Positions 23,762 through 23,774 of a stretch of 23,774 bases of DNA are shown here, piece after piece (positions within the stretch are counted from its first letter, which is position 1; each line of letters starts with the position of its first letter). The translations under genes were made by a program, and so were the position numbers. Origin of the DNA: a bacterium (lineage in GTDB: Bacteria; Zhuqueibacterota; Zhuqueibacteria; Oceanimicrobiales; Oceanimicrobiaceae); the NCBI GenBank assembly GCA_046757165.1, contig JBHHXT010000061.1, positions 1 through 23,774 of the forward strand, written 5' to 3'. The notes under the pieces are model-generated. The model had not been told where the DNA came from. It did not search any database and was given only the letters and a program-made list of their open reading frames with translations.

Positions 23762-23774
23762 ATTGATTAACATA

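Overview
Bacterial chromosomal window of moderately high GC; the host is possibly an FCB-group lineage, inferred only from the type-B T4SS. It has three zones. (1) 1-9197 is a minus-strand housekeeping and DNA-repair block: the 5' end of an HsdR-like (DUF4145) gene missed by the ORF track, ispH, rlmH, an XPB-like helicase paired with a DUF790 (Bax1-like) nuclease, a Cada2-like Ada regulator/methyltransferase, and a secreted M14 peptidase. Several small dispersed repeat families fill its intergenic spaces. (2) 9543-21125 is a plus-strand type IV secretion cluster colinear with the Bacteroidota (MPF_B, CTnDOT-type) tra operon: two pilin-like genes, VirB3-like, VirB4/TraG, TraI-like, TraJ, TraK, TraM, TraN and TraO. 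It ends in a six-domain PKD/Ig lipoprotein. No relaxase, coupling protein, primase or integrase is visible in the window, so it is the best candidate for an undescribed, domesticated, non-conjugative T4SS. (3) 21121-23774 is an integron-cassette-like mosaic with a full attC site, a half attC, an AT-rich toxin-antitoxin cassette, and truncated TIR, pYEATS-like, hypothetical and YdeI gene fragments. All family calls come from motif recognition by eye; no searches were run.
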